64,000 nt of DNA from an uncultured Actinomycetes bacterium (GTDB taxonomy: Bacteria; Actinomycetota; Acidimicrobiia; IMCC26256; PALSA-610): assembly GCA_963761175.1 (NCBI GenBank), contig CAVXFZ010000003.1:132261-196260 (forward strand), given 5' to 3'. The translations under genes were made by a program, and so were the position numbers. The notes under the pieces are model-generated. The model was given only the letters and a program-made list of their open reading frames with translations, ran no database searches and was not told the DNA's origin. Of the stretch, positions 27,564 to 37,676 are shown one piece after another. Numbering within the stretch: position 1 is the first letter of the stretch; every line of letters begins with the position of its first letter.

Positions 27564-28905
27564 GATCGATGCGATCCGTACCGCCATCCTCGAGGGTGCA
27601 CCCGGCGAGGAGATCGGCGCGCTGCCCGTGCCGGCAACGGCGCGCGGCGCGCTCGTGCGCGCCGACGAGTCGGAGATGTTCGCCGGAGTCGCGTCGGTCG
27701 ACAAGGACCCGCGCCGCTCGGTGCACGTGGAGGAGTTCCCGCTGCCGGAGCTCGCACCCGACGAGGCCTACGTCGCGGTGATGGCCTCCGCGATCAACTT
27801 CAACACCGTGTGGACCTCGATCTTCGAGCCGCTGCCGACCTTCCCGTTCCTGAAGCGGCTCGGCAAGGAGAGCGTTTGGGGCGCGCGCCACGACCAGCCG
27901 TTCCACGTGATCGGCAGCGACGCCGCGGGCGTCGTGCTGCGCGTCGGCTCCGCGGTGCGCAACTGGAAGCCGGGCGACCGCGTCACCGTGCAGTGCAACC
28001 ACGTCGACGACCAGGATCCGTCCGCGCACGACGACTCGATGCTCGCGACGAACCAGCGGATCTGGGGCTACGAGACCAACTACGGCGGCCTCGCCGAGAT
28101 CTCGGTGGTGAAGGCCAACCAGCTCATGCCGAAGGCCGCGCACCTCTCGTGGGAGGAAGCCGCGTGCAACGGCCTGTGCAACTCCACGAGCTACCGGATG
28201 ATCGTCAGCCGCAACGGGTCGGGGATGTCGCAGGGCCAGTCGGTGCTCGTATGGGGCGCGAGCGGCGGCATCGGCGCGTACGCGTGCCAGTACGTGCTGA
28301 ACGGCGGGGGGACGCCCGTCGGAGTGGTGTCGTCGCCGAAGCGCGCCGCCCTGCTGAACGCGATGGGCGTCGAGCACGTGATCGACCGCAAGGCCGAGAA
28401 CTACCAGTTCTGGTCGGACGAGCACACCCAGGACCCGAAGGAGTGGCTGCGGCTCGGCAAGAAGATCCGCGGCTTCATCGGGCGCGACGTCGACATCGTC
28501 TTCGAGCACCCCGGCCGCTCGACGATGGGCGCGTCGGTGTTCGTCGCGAAGCGCGGCGGGCTCATCATCACGTGCGCGGCGACATCGGGCTTCATGATCG
28601 AGTACGACAACCGCTACCTCTGGATGAACTTGAAGACGCTGAAGGGCTGCCACTTCGCGAACTACCGCGAGGCGTGGGAGGCGAACCGGCTCGTGTGCGA
28701 GGCGCGGATCCATCCGACGCTCTCGCGCGTCTACACGCTGGAGCACACCGCCGACGCCGCGCTTGCGGTGCACCGCAACGAGAGCGAGGGCAAGCTCGGC
28801 GTGCTGTGCCTCGCGCCCGAGGAAGGGCTCGGGATCACCGATCCCGAGCTGCGCGCGCCGCACCTCGACCAGATCACGCTGTTCCGTCGCTTCGAGGAGG
28901 CCTGA
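27556..28905 (+). CDS. ccrA: Crotonyl-CoA carboxylase/reductase
   Basis: MASAINFNTVW, IWGYETNYG, WGASGGIG, FEHPGR, CAATSG, DNRYLWM. Confidence 0.95.
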   Translation: MSEIDAIRTAILEGAPGEEIGALPVPATARGALVRADESEMFAGVASVDKDPRRSVHVEEFPLPELAPDEAYVAVMASAINFNTVWTSIFEPLPTFPFLKRLGKESVWGARHDQPFHVIGSDAAGVVLRVGSAVRNWKPGDRVTVQCNHVDDQDPSAHDDSMLATNQRIWGYETNYGGLAEISVVKANQLMPKAAHLSWEEAACNGLCNSTSYRMIVSRNGSGMSQGQSVLVWGASGGIGAYACQYVLNGGGTPVGVVSSPKRAALLNAMGVEHVIDRKAENYQFWSDEHTQDPKEWLRLGKKIRGFIGRDVDIVFEHPGRSTMGASVFVAKRGGLIITCAATSGFMIEYDNRYLWMNLKTLKGCHFANYREAWEANRLVCEARIHPTLSRVYTLEHTADAALAVHRNESEGKLGVLCLAPEEGLGITDPELRAPHLDQITLFRRFEEA

Positions 28906-28907
28906 TC

Positions 28908-29321
28908 GTGCCGACCGGCAGCCTGTTCACCGAAATCGACCACGTTGCGATCGCGGTGCGCGATCTCGACGGCGCGATCGGCTACTACCACGACACCTTC
29001 GGCTGCGACGTCGAGCACCGGGAGGTCGTCGAGCGCGACGGGGTCGAGGAGGCGCTGCTGAAGGTGGCCGACTCCTACATCCAGTTGCTCACGCCGACGC
29101 GCGCCGACTCGCCGGTCGCGAAGTACCTCGACGCGAAGGGCGAGGGCATCCATCACGTCGGCTACCGCGTCTCCGACTGCGCGGCCGCGCTCGAGTCGGT
29201 GAAGGCCCATGGTCATCGGGTGATCGACGACGCGCCGCGCCCCGGCAGCCGGGGCACGACCGTCGCGTTCGTGCACCCCAAGACCGCCTTCGGCACGCTC
29301 ATCGAGCTCGTGCAGGAGTAG
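28908..29321 (+). CDS. mce: Methylmalonyl-/ethylmalonyl-CoA epimerase
   Basis: IDHVAIAV, IQLL.P, GEGIHHVGY, FVHPK...GTLIELVQE. Confidence 0.93.
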   Translation: MPTGSLFTEIDHVAIAVRDLDGAIGYYHDTFGCDVEHREVVERDGVEEALLKVADSYIQLLTPTRADSPVAKYLDAKGEGIHHVGYRVSDCAAALESVKAHGHRVIDDAPRPGSRGTTVAFVHPKTAFGTLIELVQE

Positions 29322-29325
29322 CGGC

Positions 29326-30159
29326 TTGCCGCTCATCCGGGTGGCCGGCGGGCGCGCGCTCGCGTACGAGGAGTTCGGCGATCCGGCCGGCCGTCCGGTG
29401 GTGTGCTTCCACGGCGCGCCCGGTTCGCGCCGGTTCTGCCCCGATGCCGGCGCGACCGCGTCGGCCGGCGTACGACTCATCACCTACGACCGCCCGGGCT
29501 ACGGACGATCGGCGCCGCAGCCCGATCGGTGCGTGCGCGACACGGCCGGCGACGTCGGCGCGCTGCTCGACCATCTCGCGGTCGAGCGCTGCGCGTTCGT
29601 GGCGTGGTCGGGCGGTGGTCCGTTCGCGGTGGGAGCCGCGCACGGTGCGGCCGAACGCGTCACCGCTCTCGCGCTCGTGAGCGCGCCGGGCCCGCTCGAC
29701 GAGGTGCCGGGCGCGTGGGACGCGCTGGGTGACTACCAGCGACCGACCGCGGAGATGGCGCGACGCGAGCCGCAACGATCGGTGCGCGCGATCGTGCGGC
29801 ACATGACGCCGTTCCTCGCGGACCCGCCGTCGTTCCTCGGCCGCGGCCGCGGCGCCGACGGGGCGGTGTTCCGGGGGCCGCACTACCCGATGCTCGTCGA
29901 CCAGGTGACCGAGGCGCTCGTGCAGGGCGCGATCGGCGTCGCGTCGGACCTCGTCGCGATGTGGCTCGACTGGGGATTCCGGCTCGCGACGATCGCGACG
30001 CCGACCGTCGTCTTCGACGCCCTGCTCGACCGTCACAACCACGCCGACGCGCGCTGTTACGCGGACCGGATCCCCGGTGCCCGGCTGGTGTCGTGGGACG
30101 ACGTCGGCCATCTCGGTGTCGTCCCCAAGTGGCCCGAGGTGCTCGCAACGGTCGCTTGA
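29326..30159 (+). CDS. Alpha/beta hydrolase
   Basis: HGAPGSR, DRPGYGRS, AWSGGG nucleophile elbow, C-terminal GH. Confidence 0.88.
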   Translation: MPLIRVAGGRALAYEEFGDPAGRPVVCFHGAPGSRRFCPDAGATASAGVRLITYDRPGYGRSAPQPDRCVRDTAGDVGALLDHLAVERCAFVAWSGGGPFAVGAAHGAAERVTALALVSAPGPLDEVPGAWDALGDYQRPTAEMARREPQRSVRAIVRHMTPFLADPPSFLGRGRGADGAVFRGPHYPMLVDQVTEALVQGAIGVASDLVAMWLDWGFRLATIATPTVVFDALLDRHNHADARCYADRIPGARLVSWDDVGHLGVVPKWPEVLATVA

Positions 30160-30225
30160 TCGCGGGCTGCACCCGGCGGCACCGGGCTGCGGGCTCGACG
30201 GCGACGGCCACTAGCCTGGTCCGAC

Positions 30226-31869
30226 ATGGCCGACGTATCCGATCTGGAACCTGACGACCACGAAATCGCGGTCGCTCACGACTCCGCGGCGGCGGAGCCG
30301 GCCGCCCCGGTCCGCCCGCACCCGGTCGAGGAGCGCATCGACCAGCTGTCGAAGCTGAAGGAAGAGGCCCGCCACGCCGGCAACCCCGCGGCCGTCGAGC
30401 GCCAGCACGCGCGGGGCAAGCTCACCGCGCGCGAGCGGATCGAGAAGTTCCTCGACCCGGGCTCGTTCGTCGAGCTCGACATGCTCGCCCGCCACCGCGC
30501 GTACGGCTTCGGGATCGAGAACAACCGTCCGCTCACCGACGGCGTCGTCACCGGCTGGGGCACCGTCGACGGCCGCAAGGTCTTCCTCTTCGCGCAGGAC
30601 TTCACGGTGTTCGGCGGCGCGCTCGGCGAGGTGTTCGCGGAGAAGATCCACAAGGTGATGGATCTCGCGGAGTCGGTCGGCGCGCCGATGATCGGGCTCA
30701 ACGACGGCGCCGGCGCGCGCATCCAGGAAGGCGTCGTCTCCCTCGACTCCTACGGCGGGATCTTCTACCGCAACGTGAAGGCGTCGGGTGTCGTCCCGCA
30801 GATCAGCGTCGTGCTCGGGCCGTGCGCGGGCGGCGCGGTGTACTCGCCCGCGATGACCGACTTCATCTTCATGGTGAAGGGCACGTCGCACATGTTCATC
30901 ACCGGCCCCGACGTCGTGAAGACCGTCACCGGCGAGGAGGTCACCCAGGAGGAGCTCGGCGGCGCGATGACGCACGCGTCGAAATCGGGTGTCGCGACCT
31001 TCGTGTGCGACGACGAGGACCAGTGCCTCGAGCAGGTGCGCTACCTCCTGTCGTTCCTGCCGTCGAACAACCTCGAAGATCCCCCGTACTTCGAGCCCAC
31101 CGACGACCCCGAGCGCTACTGCGACGACCTGCTCGAGCTCATCCCCGACTCGCCGAACAAGCCCTACGACATGAAAAAGGTCATCGAATCGGTCGTCGAC
31201 GACGGCGAGTTCTTCGAGGTCTTCCCGTTCTGGGCGATGAACATCGTGTGCGGTTACTCCCGCATCGACGGCCACGTCGTCGGCATCGTCGGCAACCAGC
31301 CCCAGGTGCTCGCCGGCACGCTCGACATCGACGCGTCGGAGAAGGCGGCCCGCTTCGTGCGGACCTGCGACGCGTTCAACGTGCCGCTCGTGACGTTCGT
31401 CGACGTGCCCGGCTTCCTCCCCGGTACCGACCAGGAGTACGGCGGCATCATCCGCCACGGAGCCAAGTTGCTGTACGCGTACTGCGAGTCGACGACACCG
31501 CGCGTCCAGATCATCACTCGCAAGGGATACGGGGGCGCATACGTCGTCATGAACTCCAAGTCGATCGGCGCCGACCTCGCGTTCGCGTGGCCGTCGGCCG
31601 AGATCGCGGTGATGGGCCCGAACGGTGCCGTCGAGATCATCTTCCGGCGTGAGATCGAGAAGGCCGGCGATCCGCAGCAGCGGCGCGCCGAGCTGGTCGA
31701 GGAGTACACCGAGCGGTTCGCGAACCCGTACAACGCGGCCGAGCGAGGCTACGTCGACGACGTGATCGACCCGCGCGAGACGCGCCAGGTGCTCGTACGG
31801 TCGCTGCGCATGCTGCGCACGAAGCGCGAGCAGCTCCCGTCGCGCAAGCACGGGAACAGCCCGCTGTGA
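30226..31869 (+). CDS. pccB: Acyl-CoA (propionyl-CoA) carboxylase beta subunit
   Basis: [47 protein letters not shown]. Confidence 0.94.
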   Translation: MADVSDLEPDDHEIAVAHDSAAAEPAAPVRPHPVEERIDQLSKLKEEARHAGNPAAVERQHARGKLTARERIEKFLDPGSFVELDMLARHRAYGFGIENNRPLTDGVVTGWGTVDGRKVFLFAQDFTVFGGALGEVFAEKIHKVMDLAESVGAPMIGLNDGAGARIQEGVVSLDSYGGIFYRNVKASGVVPQISVVLGPCAGGAVYSPAMTDFIFMVKGTSHMFITGPDVVKTVTGEEVTQEELGGAMTHASKSGVATFVCDDEDQCLEQVRYLLSFLPSNNLEDPPYFEPTDDPERYCDDLLELIPDSPNKPYDMKKVIESVVDDGEFFEVFPFWAMNIVCGYSRIDGHVVGIVGNQPQVLAGTLDIDASEKAARFVRTCDAFNVPLVTFVDVPGFLPGTDQEYGGIIRHGAKLLYAYCESTTPRVQIITRKGYGGAYVVMNSKSIGADLAFAWPSAEIAVMGPNGAVEIIFRREIEKAGDPQQRRAELVEEYTERFANPYNAAERGYVDDVIDPRETRQVLVRSLRMLRTKREQLPSRKHGNSPL

Positions 31870-32116
31870 GCGATCCCGCCGTGCACGTCGTGCACGCCGT
31901 GCATCCCGCGCCGACTGCGCAGGAGGCGGCCGCGATCGTCGCGGCCATCACGGTGCTCGATCAGCAGCGAAGGGTCGCGCTCGTGGCCGCCGAGCGGCCG
32001 AGACCGACCAGTTCAGCATGTGGGTCGACGCGTCGCGCCGCGCCGCGCAGCGCGCGGGGCTGCAACGCGGACCCTGGCGGCTCTCGGGCCGCATCGCGCG
32101 CCGCTCGCGCATCTAG
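31866..32116 (+). CDS. Acyl-CoA carboxylase epsilon-like subunit (frameshift near 31995)
   Basis: [13 protein letters not shown] helix directly after pccB (GTGA overlap); W...SRR...PWRLSGR tail in another frame ending at TAG 32116. Confidence 0.65.
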
Positions 32117-32634
32117 CGATCCGCGTCGGGTTCCGGTTCTCCGAGCGCGCGGTGAAGGTCGGCGCGGGCCTTGTGGAGCTGCACGCGTGCCGTCGACGGT
32201 GCGATGCCGAGCGCGCCGGCCGCCTCGTCGGTCGTCCAGCCGAGCGAGATGCAGAGCGCGGCGACCGCGCGGCGTGCGGCCGGCATCGCGTCGATCGCCT
32301 GCGCGACCACGATGTTCATGACGATCGCGCCCTCGGCACCCGGGACGCGCGGGCCGGTGTCGAGCAACGCCGGCTGCGCCCGGCGGAAGTGGCGCTGGAG
32401 GAGGCGGAACCCGGTCGTGTACACGTAGCCGGGAGGGTTCGTGCCCCGGCGGACGTGCCGCCACCGTGCCAGCGTGCGCGCCATCGCCTCCTGCGCGAGG
32501 TCTTCGGCCGCGTTCCCCGCGCCCGCGATCGCGAGCGCGCGTACGAGACGGGGGTAGTGCTCGCGGTAGAGGTCGTCGAACTCGAGTGGGGTCGTGACCG
32601 CGATCGGGATCGCGTCCGTCGCGGTGTCGGTCAC
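32113..32634 (-). CDS. ECF RNA polymerase sigma factor
   Basis: FDDLYREHYPRL, AEDLAQEA, region 4 EAAGALGIAPSTARVQLHKAR. Confidence 0.88.
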   Translation of the reverse strand: MTDTATDAIPIAVTTPLEFDDLYREHYPRLVRALAIAGAGNAAEDLAQEAMARTLARWRHVRRGTNPPGYVYTTGFRLLQRHFRRAQPALLDTGPRVPGAEGAIVMNIVVAQAIDAMPAARRAVAALCISLGWTTDEAAGALGIAPSTARVQLHKARADLHRALGEPEPDADR

Positions 32635-33378
32635 GAGGCGGGCTCGATCTGGAAGTGCGACGTGCTCATCGGTCCGTCGGCGCACGCCTGCTGAGGCAGC
32701 AGGAGGGGCGCCCCGCTGCCGTACCTCGAGTCGTGGAAGCTCACGTTCAGATGCACCGGACCTGCGCTGCACGGGTTCGACCATCCGAGCGACGCGACGT
32801 TCGTCGGTACGTTCGGCGGCAGGATCGGCGCGCCGACTCCCGGGTTGGGATCGCCGCTCGCGGGATTCCCCGTGACCGCGATCAGGTTGCCCTGCTCGTC
32901 CTGCACCGAGGCGTCGAAGCCCCCGCCGTAGGTGCAGGCCGACGGCGCGTGCAGGGTCGCGACCACCGACCAGTGGCGACCGCCGGCAGTTCCGAGCCAG
33001 TTCGGGTCGATGGTGAGCGTGATGCTGCCGTCCGGGCAGCGACCGCTCGACGGCGGGAGCGTCGTCGAGCTGCTCCTCGGACGGCACCGTCGTCGAGCTG
33101 CTCTCGGCCGGCACCGTCGTCGACGAGGCGTCGGGCGCACCGTTCGTCGTCGTGACCGCCGCGGGCGGGACCGAGCGAAGGGCGTGCTCACTGCCGCCGA
33201 GCGCGGTCGCGGTTGCGCCGATCCCGGCCACCGTCGCGACCGCGGCGACCGCGGTCGCGAGGCGCGCCCGCCGGATCCGCTGCCCGGCCCGGCGGTGGAT
33301 GCGGTCGAGGGCCGGGTCGGAGGCGTCAGCCGAGGGCGCGGCACGGTTGAGCAGGGCTGCGAGATCGTGATCGTCCAT
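32631..33378 (-). CDS. Putative membrane-anchored anti-sigma factor (frameshift near 33075)
   Basis: Short helical cytoplasmic N-terminus, RRAR-TM, S/T/P linker, extracytoplasmic domain with 4 Cys; GTGA overlap with the sigma start. Confidence 0.65.
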
Positions 33379-33422
33379 GCCCTCGTGAACCCCCCGGTTG
33401 CCCAAGTGTTTACGCTCTCGGC

Positions 33423-34527
33423 GTGATCCACGACGCGGAGCTGTTCTCGGTCGGTCCCGACGAGGTCGTCGTCACCTTCCGCACCGACACCGACGAGCGC
33501 GTCACCACCGCTGTCGGCGGGCGCGAGACCACGACCACGGGCCGGTACCACTCGGCCCGGATTGCCGGCCTCGAGCCGGCGACGCCCTACGCGCTGCACG
33601 TCGACGGGACGGAGCCGTCGCCGCTGCTGCCGGCCGAGGTCACGACCCTCGCCTGCCCCGCCGGTCGCCTGCTCGCGACGTTCGCGACCGCGAACGACGT
33701 GCACTTCGGCGAGACGAGCTGTGGGTTGCTCGGGACCGAGGAGGAGATCGGTCCGGTCTTCCACGCCGAGCCCGGCGAGCCGCCGTACCCGCAGACCATG
33801 AACCACGGTGCGATCGACGAGATGCTCGATCTCGATCCCGACGCCATCGTCGTGAAGGGCGACCTCACCGACAAGGGGACCGAGGCGGAGTACGAGCAGT
33901 TCTGCGTCGCGTACCGCGCGCCTCGGCGAACGCATGCATCACGTGCGCGGCAACCACGACGCGATGATCACCAACGAGATCGCGCGCACCGGGCCTTTCG
34001 CAGTCGAGCTCGACGGCGTGACCCTCGCGGTGCTCGACACGGTCGTCCCCGGCAGCGATCGCGGTGCGCTCGACGGTGGACAGCTCGCGTGGCTCGACGA
34101 GCTGGCCGGGGAGTCGCCGGACCCGGTGCTCGTGTTCGGTCATCACCACCCGTGGGATCCGGCCTCCGACGAGCGCAGCCCCACCTACTTCGGCATCAAC
34201 CCCGACGACAGCGAGGCGCTCTGCGCGGTGATCGCGCGGCGCGAGGCGATCGCGGGCTACTTCGCGGGCCACACGCACCGCACCCGCCTGCGCCGCTTCG
34301 CCGTGGCGCGCGACGTGCCGATCGTCGAGATCGCGTGCGTGAAGGACTACCCGGGCGCGTGGGCCGAGTACCGCGTGTACGAGGGCGGCTACACGCAGGT
34401 GACCCGCCGGGTGTCGGCACCCGACGCGATGTCGTGGACGGAACGCACGCGCGCAATGTTCGTGGGGCTCTATCGCGACTACGCGCTCGGCGGGCTCGGC
34501 GACCGCTGCTTCGCGGAGCCCTTCTAG
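33423..34527 (+). CDS. Calcineurin-like metallophosphoesterase with an N-terminal FN3/PAP-like domain (frameshift near 33920)
   Basis: DVH, KGDLT, GNHD, GHH, GHTH motifs split over two frames. Confidence 0.87.
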
Positions 34528-35525
34528 ATCCACTCCGTCGGCTCGGTCGGCGCGGTGAGCGTCGGTTCCGCGGCGGGCCCGGTCATCTCGGTGAGCGGGC
34601 CGTAGGTGTCGGGCCGGCGCGTCGTGAGGAACGGGAACAGCGCGAGCCAGTCGCGGCGGGCGTCGAGATCGAGGTCGGCGACGATCACCGCGGGCTCGTC
34701 GCGTGGCGCCTGCACGAGCACGCGCCCGTACGGGTCGGTCACGAACGACGATCCGTAGAACCGCAGCGGGGCTTCCTCGCCGATGCGGTTGACCGCAATC
34801 ATGAACGTGCCGTTCGCGATCCCGTTCCCGGTGATCACCTGCTGCCAGATCGGCTCGGTGTCGAAGCCGGGATGGTCGGGCTCGGAGCCGATCGCGGTCG
34901 GGTACACGATCACGTCGGCACCTCCGAGCGAGTACGCGCGCGCCAGCTCGGGGAACCACTGGTCCCAGCACGTCGGGAAGCCGAAGTGCGCGGCGCCGAT
35001 CGCGACGACGGGGTGTCCGGTGTTGCCGGGCCGGAAGTAGCGGTCCTCGTGGTAGCCCGCGGTGACGGGGATGTGCAGCTTGCGCGTACGCGCGACGAGC
35101 GCACCGCCGGGCGCGACCACGATGGCGGTGTTGAAGCCGAGCGCGCCGTCGTTGCCGTCGTCGCGGTCGACCGCCGCCTCGTAGAGCGACGCGTGTACGG
35201 GGATCCCGAGCTCGGTGGCGAGCGCGGCCGCGAAGTCGTGGGTGCGACCGCCGGGCAGCGGCTCCGGTCGCGCGCCGGCGGCCGCGGGGCCGTCGGGCGT
35301 CACCGCGAAGTAGCGCGAGAGCGTGAGCTCCTGGAGGCAGACGAGCTGCGCGCCTTCACCGGCCGCGGCGCGCACGCCCTCGGCGATCGCGGCCTCGTGG
35401 TCCTTCGGGTCGGGGTTCCAGCGGTGCTGCACCGCGCCGACGCGGAAGGGCGCGCGTTCGGGCGCGTCGACGCGGGCGGGTGAGTCCGGGACCTGGCCGG
35501 CGCGGCTGATGATGCGGATCGTCAT
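34524..35525 (-). CDS. aguB: Carbon-nitrogen hydrolase, N-carbamoylputrescine amidase-like
   Basis: LQEL, RKLHIP, CWDQWFPE catalytic triad, YPTAIGSEP; coupled to aguA. Confidence 0.85.
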   Translation of the reverse strand: MTIRIISRAGQVPDSPARVDAPERAPFRVGAVQHRWNPDPKDHEAAIAEGVRAAAGEGAQLVCLQELTLSRYFAVTPDGPAAAGARPEPLPGGRTHDFAAALATELGIPVHASLYEAAVDRDDGNDGALGFNTAIVVAPGGALVARTRKLHIPVTAGYHEDRYFRPGNTGHPVVAIGAAHFGFPTCWDQWFPELARAYSLGGADVIVYPTAIGSEPDHPGFDTEPIWQQVITGNGIANGTFMIAVNRIGEEAPLRFYGSSFVTDPYGRVLVQAPRDEPAVIVADLDLDARRDWLALFPFLTTRRPDTYGPLTEMTGPAAEPTLTAPTEPTEWI

Positions 35526-36509
35526 CGGGGAACCTGCTGGGTGATGCAGTGGACGCCGCCGCCACCGTAGGCGAGCACCTCGCCCGGGACGTCCATGATC
35601 CCGTGATCCGGGAACACGTCTCGCCAGATCTCGAGGGCACGCTTCGTACCGGGATCGCCCTCGACCACCGGCACGATCACCAGGCCGGTTCGCGACGTAC
35701 GCGTTCAGCGGCGGGACGACGACGGCTTCGTCGCCGACGGCCGTGCGCGGCAGCACGTCGAGCTCGACGACGTCGAGCCCCGCCGCTTTCAGTACGGCGA
35801 CGTTGCGCTGCAACCGGTCGTGGTTCGGGTCGTCGCGATCGCTCGTCGTCTGCGCGATGACTCGGCCGGGCGCGACGAACGCGCACACGTTGTCGACGTG
35901 CCCGTCGGTGTCGTCGTCCTCGACGATGCCGTACGGGAGCCACACGATCGTCTCGACACCGAGGCGGGTGCGCAGCTCGGTCTCGATCGAGTCTCGCGTC
36001 AGGGTCGGGTTGCGGTTCGGGTTCAACAGGCACTGCTCGGTCGTGACGAGCGTTCCCTCGCCGTCGACCGTGATCCCGCCGCCTTCGAGGACGAAGGGCG
36101 CGGCGTCGATGCGTTCGAGGCCGAGTGCGTCGCACATGCGGCGCGCGAAGCGGGCGTCCTCGTCGTACGGGAGGAACTTCTCACCCCAGGAGTTGAACGC
36201 GAAATCGACACCGGCGCGCCGGCCGTTCTCGTCGACGACGACGATCGCACCCGTGTCGCGCGACCACGAGTCGTCGATCGGCCACTCGACGACCTCGACG
36301 CTGACTCCGCCGCACATCTCGCGCGCCTCGGCGCCCGCGCCGGGCGGCGCGACCATGAGCACCGGCTCCGTCGTCTCGATCTCGTATGCAACGCGCGCGT
36401 AATCGTGCTTGGCCTGCCGGAACCGGCCCCGCCACATCTCGGCTCGGGCCGGCCAGGCCATCACGCAGCGCTCGTGGGGCTCCCACTCGGCCGGCATCCG
36501 CCAGGTCAT
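35522..36509 (-). CDS. aguA: Agmatine deiminase (frameshift near 35688)
   Basis: MPAEWEPH, DDSWSRD, LEGG...DGEGT, DTDGHVD, GGGVHCITQQ. Confidence 0.9.
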
Positions 36510-36530
36510 GTCGCCATTATCCTCCCGGCG

Positions 36531-37676
36531 GTGGACGCCCTCGAAGGTCTGCGCGTCGTCGACATGGCCACGGTGTTCGCGGGTCCGGGAACCGCGCGAC
36601 ACCTTGCCGACTTCGGCGCGTCGGTCGTGAAGGTCGAGGCGCCGGGTGGCGACGGCGTGCGTCGCATGGGCTGGTTTCCGCCCGAGGGCGGCGACTCGTA
36701 CACCTGGAAGCTGCTCGGCCGGGGGAAGCGCTGCATCGTTCTCGACCTCAAGGATCCGGCCGGTCACGACACGATGCTGAAGTTGCTCGACCGCGCCGAC
36801 GTGTTGATCGAGAACCTGCGGCCCGGGACGCTGGAGCGACTCGGCCTCGGTCCCGACGTGCTGCACGCGCGCAATCCGGCTCTCGTCGTGCTGCGGGTCA
36901 CGGGGTTCGGCCAGACCGGTCCGTACGCGTCGCGGCCCGGCTTCGCGACGATGGCCGAGGCGATGAGCGGGTTCGCGGCGATCAACGGTGAGCCCGACGG
37001 TCCGCCGCTCCTGCCGCCGATCGCGCTCACCGACGAGGTCGCCGCGATCGCGGGCGCGTTCGCGGTGATGGTCGCGCTGCGTCACCGCGATCGCACCGGC
37101 GAGGGCCAGGTCGTCGACGTGAACCTGCTGGAGTCGATGCTGCAGATGATGAGCGCGCTGCCGTCGGCCGCCGCGCACCTCGGTTACGAGCAGCCGCGGC
37201 TCGGTTCGGGCATCCCGTACTCCGTGCCGCGCGGCACCTACTGCTGCGCCGACGGTGAGTGGGTCGCGGTCTCCACGTCGGCCGAGACGGTGGCGCGCCG
37301 CGTGCTCGAATTGCTGGGTGTCGCCGACGACGCGCGGTTCGCGTCGTTCGAGAGCCGGGCCGCGCATCGGACGGAGCTCGACGCGATCGTCGAAACGTGG
37401 ATCGGGGCACGGCCGTCGGCCGAGGTCTTCGCGGCGTTCGACGCAGCCCAGGCCGCGATCGCGCCCGTCTACCGAATGGGTGATCTCATCGCCGACCCGC
37501 ACGTGCGGGCGCGCGACGTGATCATCGAGGTCGACGGCATCCGCATGCAGGGACCGGTCGCGCGGTTGTCGAAGACGCCGGCCGTCGTGCGCCATGCCGG
37601 GCGGGCGCTCGGCGCCGATACCGATGCGGTGCTCGCGGAGCTCACACAACTCGACGAGACGGGGGACGGCGCATGA
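36531..37676 (+). CDS. CaiB/BaiF class III CoA transferase
   Basis: LEGLRVVD...AGP, RGKR..LDLK, ENLRPG, GFGQTGPY. Confidence 0.92.
   Translation: MDALEGLRVVDMATVFAGPGTARHLADFGASVVKVEAPGGDGVRRMGWFPPEGGDSYTWKLLGRGKRCIVLDLKDPAGHDTMLKLLDRADVLIENLRPGTLERLGLGPDVLHARNPALVVLRVTGFGQTGPYASRPGFATMAEAMSGFAAINGEPDGPPLLPPIALTDEVAAIAGAFAVMVALRHRDRTGEGQVVDVNLLESMLQMMSALPSAAAHLGYEQPRLGSGIPYSVPRGTYCCADGEWVAVSTSAETVARRVLELLGVADDARFASFESRAAHRTELDAIVETWIGARPSAEVFAAFDAAQAAIAPVYRMGDLIADPHVRARDVIIEVDGIRMQGPVARLSKTPAVVRHAGRALGADTDAVLAELTQLDETGDGA

Noticed and set aside
32113-33405. 430-aa ORF suggesting a membrane-tethered sigma factor
   Set aside because: The middle segment is out-of-frame shadow sequence; one indel near 33075 restores two genes with a GTGA overlap.
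34524-37649. 1041-aa ORF suggesting an AguA-AguB fusion
   Set aside because: An extra base near 35688 diverts aguA into the aguB frame. The catalytic GGGVHCITQQ end and stop of aguA lie in another frame, and the N-terminal third is antisense to the CoA transferase.
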